DNA from: Gordius albopunctatus
Lineage: Eukaryota
NCBI GenBank assembly: GCA_964276515.1
Contig: OZ193910.1
Location: forward strand, 3,844,001-3,908,000
Reading direction: 5' to 3'
DNA length: 64,000 bases
The notes under the pieces were generated by a model, which worked only from the letters and a program-made list of their open reading frames with translations, ran no database searches and was not told the origin of the DNA. This document shows positions 63,126 to 64,000 of the stretch, piece by piece (position 1 is the stretch's first letter; every line of letters begins with the position of its first letter). Position numbers and translations under genes: made by a program.

Positions 63126-64000
63126 TGTGATACAAAAACACGACAAAACAAAAGTGTCCTGGCGTATATAACCAACGCATTTATAAGTTACAACTAATTG
63201 ACGATAATTTGATCGCCCACGCGCGTGTAAATAACCTCAACACGCAGGTAACTATCGTATCCCTGGAGGCACTTCGCTCTCCTATTACCCCTCTACAGTT
63301 CCCCCCTTTTTACAGACAAAATCCTTAAGGAATGCTGGCGGTTTCCGGCTACGTTGTGGGTATCTCGGTTCTTCCCTAGGCGTTCCTGTCTGGTTTTGGC
63401 TTTGTTCCCTTGTCGCACTTGTTACCCTGTTTTGCATTTGTTCCCTTGGCGCATTTGTTCCCTCTTCCCTTTCTAATGATATTCTTTGTGGCCACCCATT
63501 CTCTTGTCCCAGCGTGGTCCAATCCAGGATTCTCCGTTTCCTTACTTGATCCAGGTGTCGGTGGTGCTTTCTTCCCTGTGCCCATACATCGTAGGAACGA
63601 CTCCCGTGTTTGGCCTTTATCGTGTCTTCCACCCATTTGCTTAGTCCAGGAACATGCGTACCCACACCAAGTCTCCTACGTTGAACATTTGTAAGTTCCC
63701 GATCTCTCCCCATTGTTGTGGTACGGTTTCCCTTAATACCTCCCATTCGGTTCGCATACGCCTTTTTAACATCATCTCTGCCGGGCTTTTATTGGTTGCG
63801 GGATGTTTTGTCGATCTATAGTTTTCCAGAAATCTATTTATCCCTACTTCCGACTCGTTCCTCATGATGGCTTCTTTCATTAATCGTACGTATCTTTCGG
63901 CCAAACCGTTCGACGCAGAATGGTAAGGAGCTGTCCATCGCTGATTAATCCCTCTCATCTTGCAAAAATTTTGTAAATCCTGTCGTTTGAATTGTGGACC
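63126..64000 (-). mobile_element. Gypsy (Mag/K02A2.6-like) retrotransposon 3' end: integrase, PPT and probable short LTR
   Basis: Protein motifs APYHSASNGLAERYVR, YRSTKHPATNKSPAEMML.R..RT, RRHLDQVR, RYPQRSRKPP..LKDF. PPT AAAAAGGGGGGAAC is followed by TGTAG at 63297. The far LTR end (~63126) is tentative. The element runs off the window. Confidence 0.9.

Overview
AT-rich, intron-rich eukaryotic DNA, most likely from an invertebrate animal (inferred from gene content and transposon families; I cannot name the species). I reconstructed four spliced genes by hand from GT-AG boundaries and reading phase. (1) A SMOC/Pentagone-like gene with thyroglobulin-1 and EF-hand domains (+, 9991-18580). (2) RBM25 (-, 19525-28018). 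(3) NADK2 (+, 40807-51611). (4) A 5-exon gene for an unidentified ~198-aa protein with a signal peptide and a possible VWA-like fold (-, 56146-57543), which the ORF track misses. The rest is mostly decayed mobile DNA: two RTE LINEs, two CRE-like RLE retrotransposon remnants, two Gypsy remnants, many hAT, Harbinger-like and Sola-like MITEs with visible target-site duplications (TSDs), and Helentron/DINE-1-like elements. The most unusual features are tRNA-like cassettes repeated inside the Helentron-like elements, a hAT derivative inserted into a near-identical copy of itself, a second three-layer hAT nest, an inverted self-duplication inside a CRE element, and 37-38 nt introns in RBM25. No prokaryotic features, CRISPR arrays or rRNA were seen.
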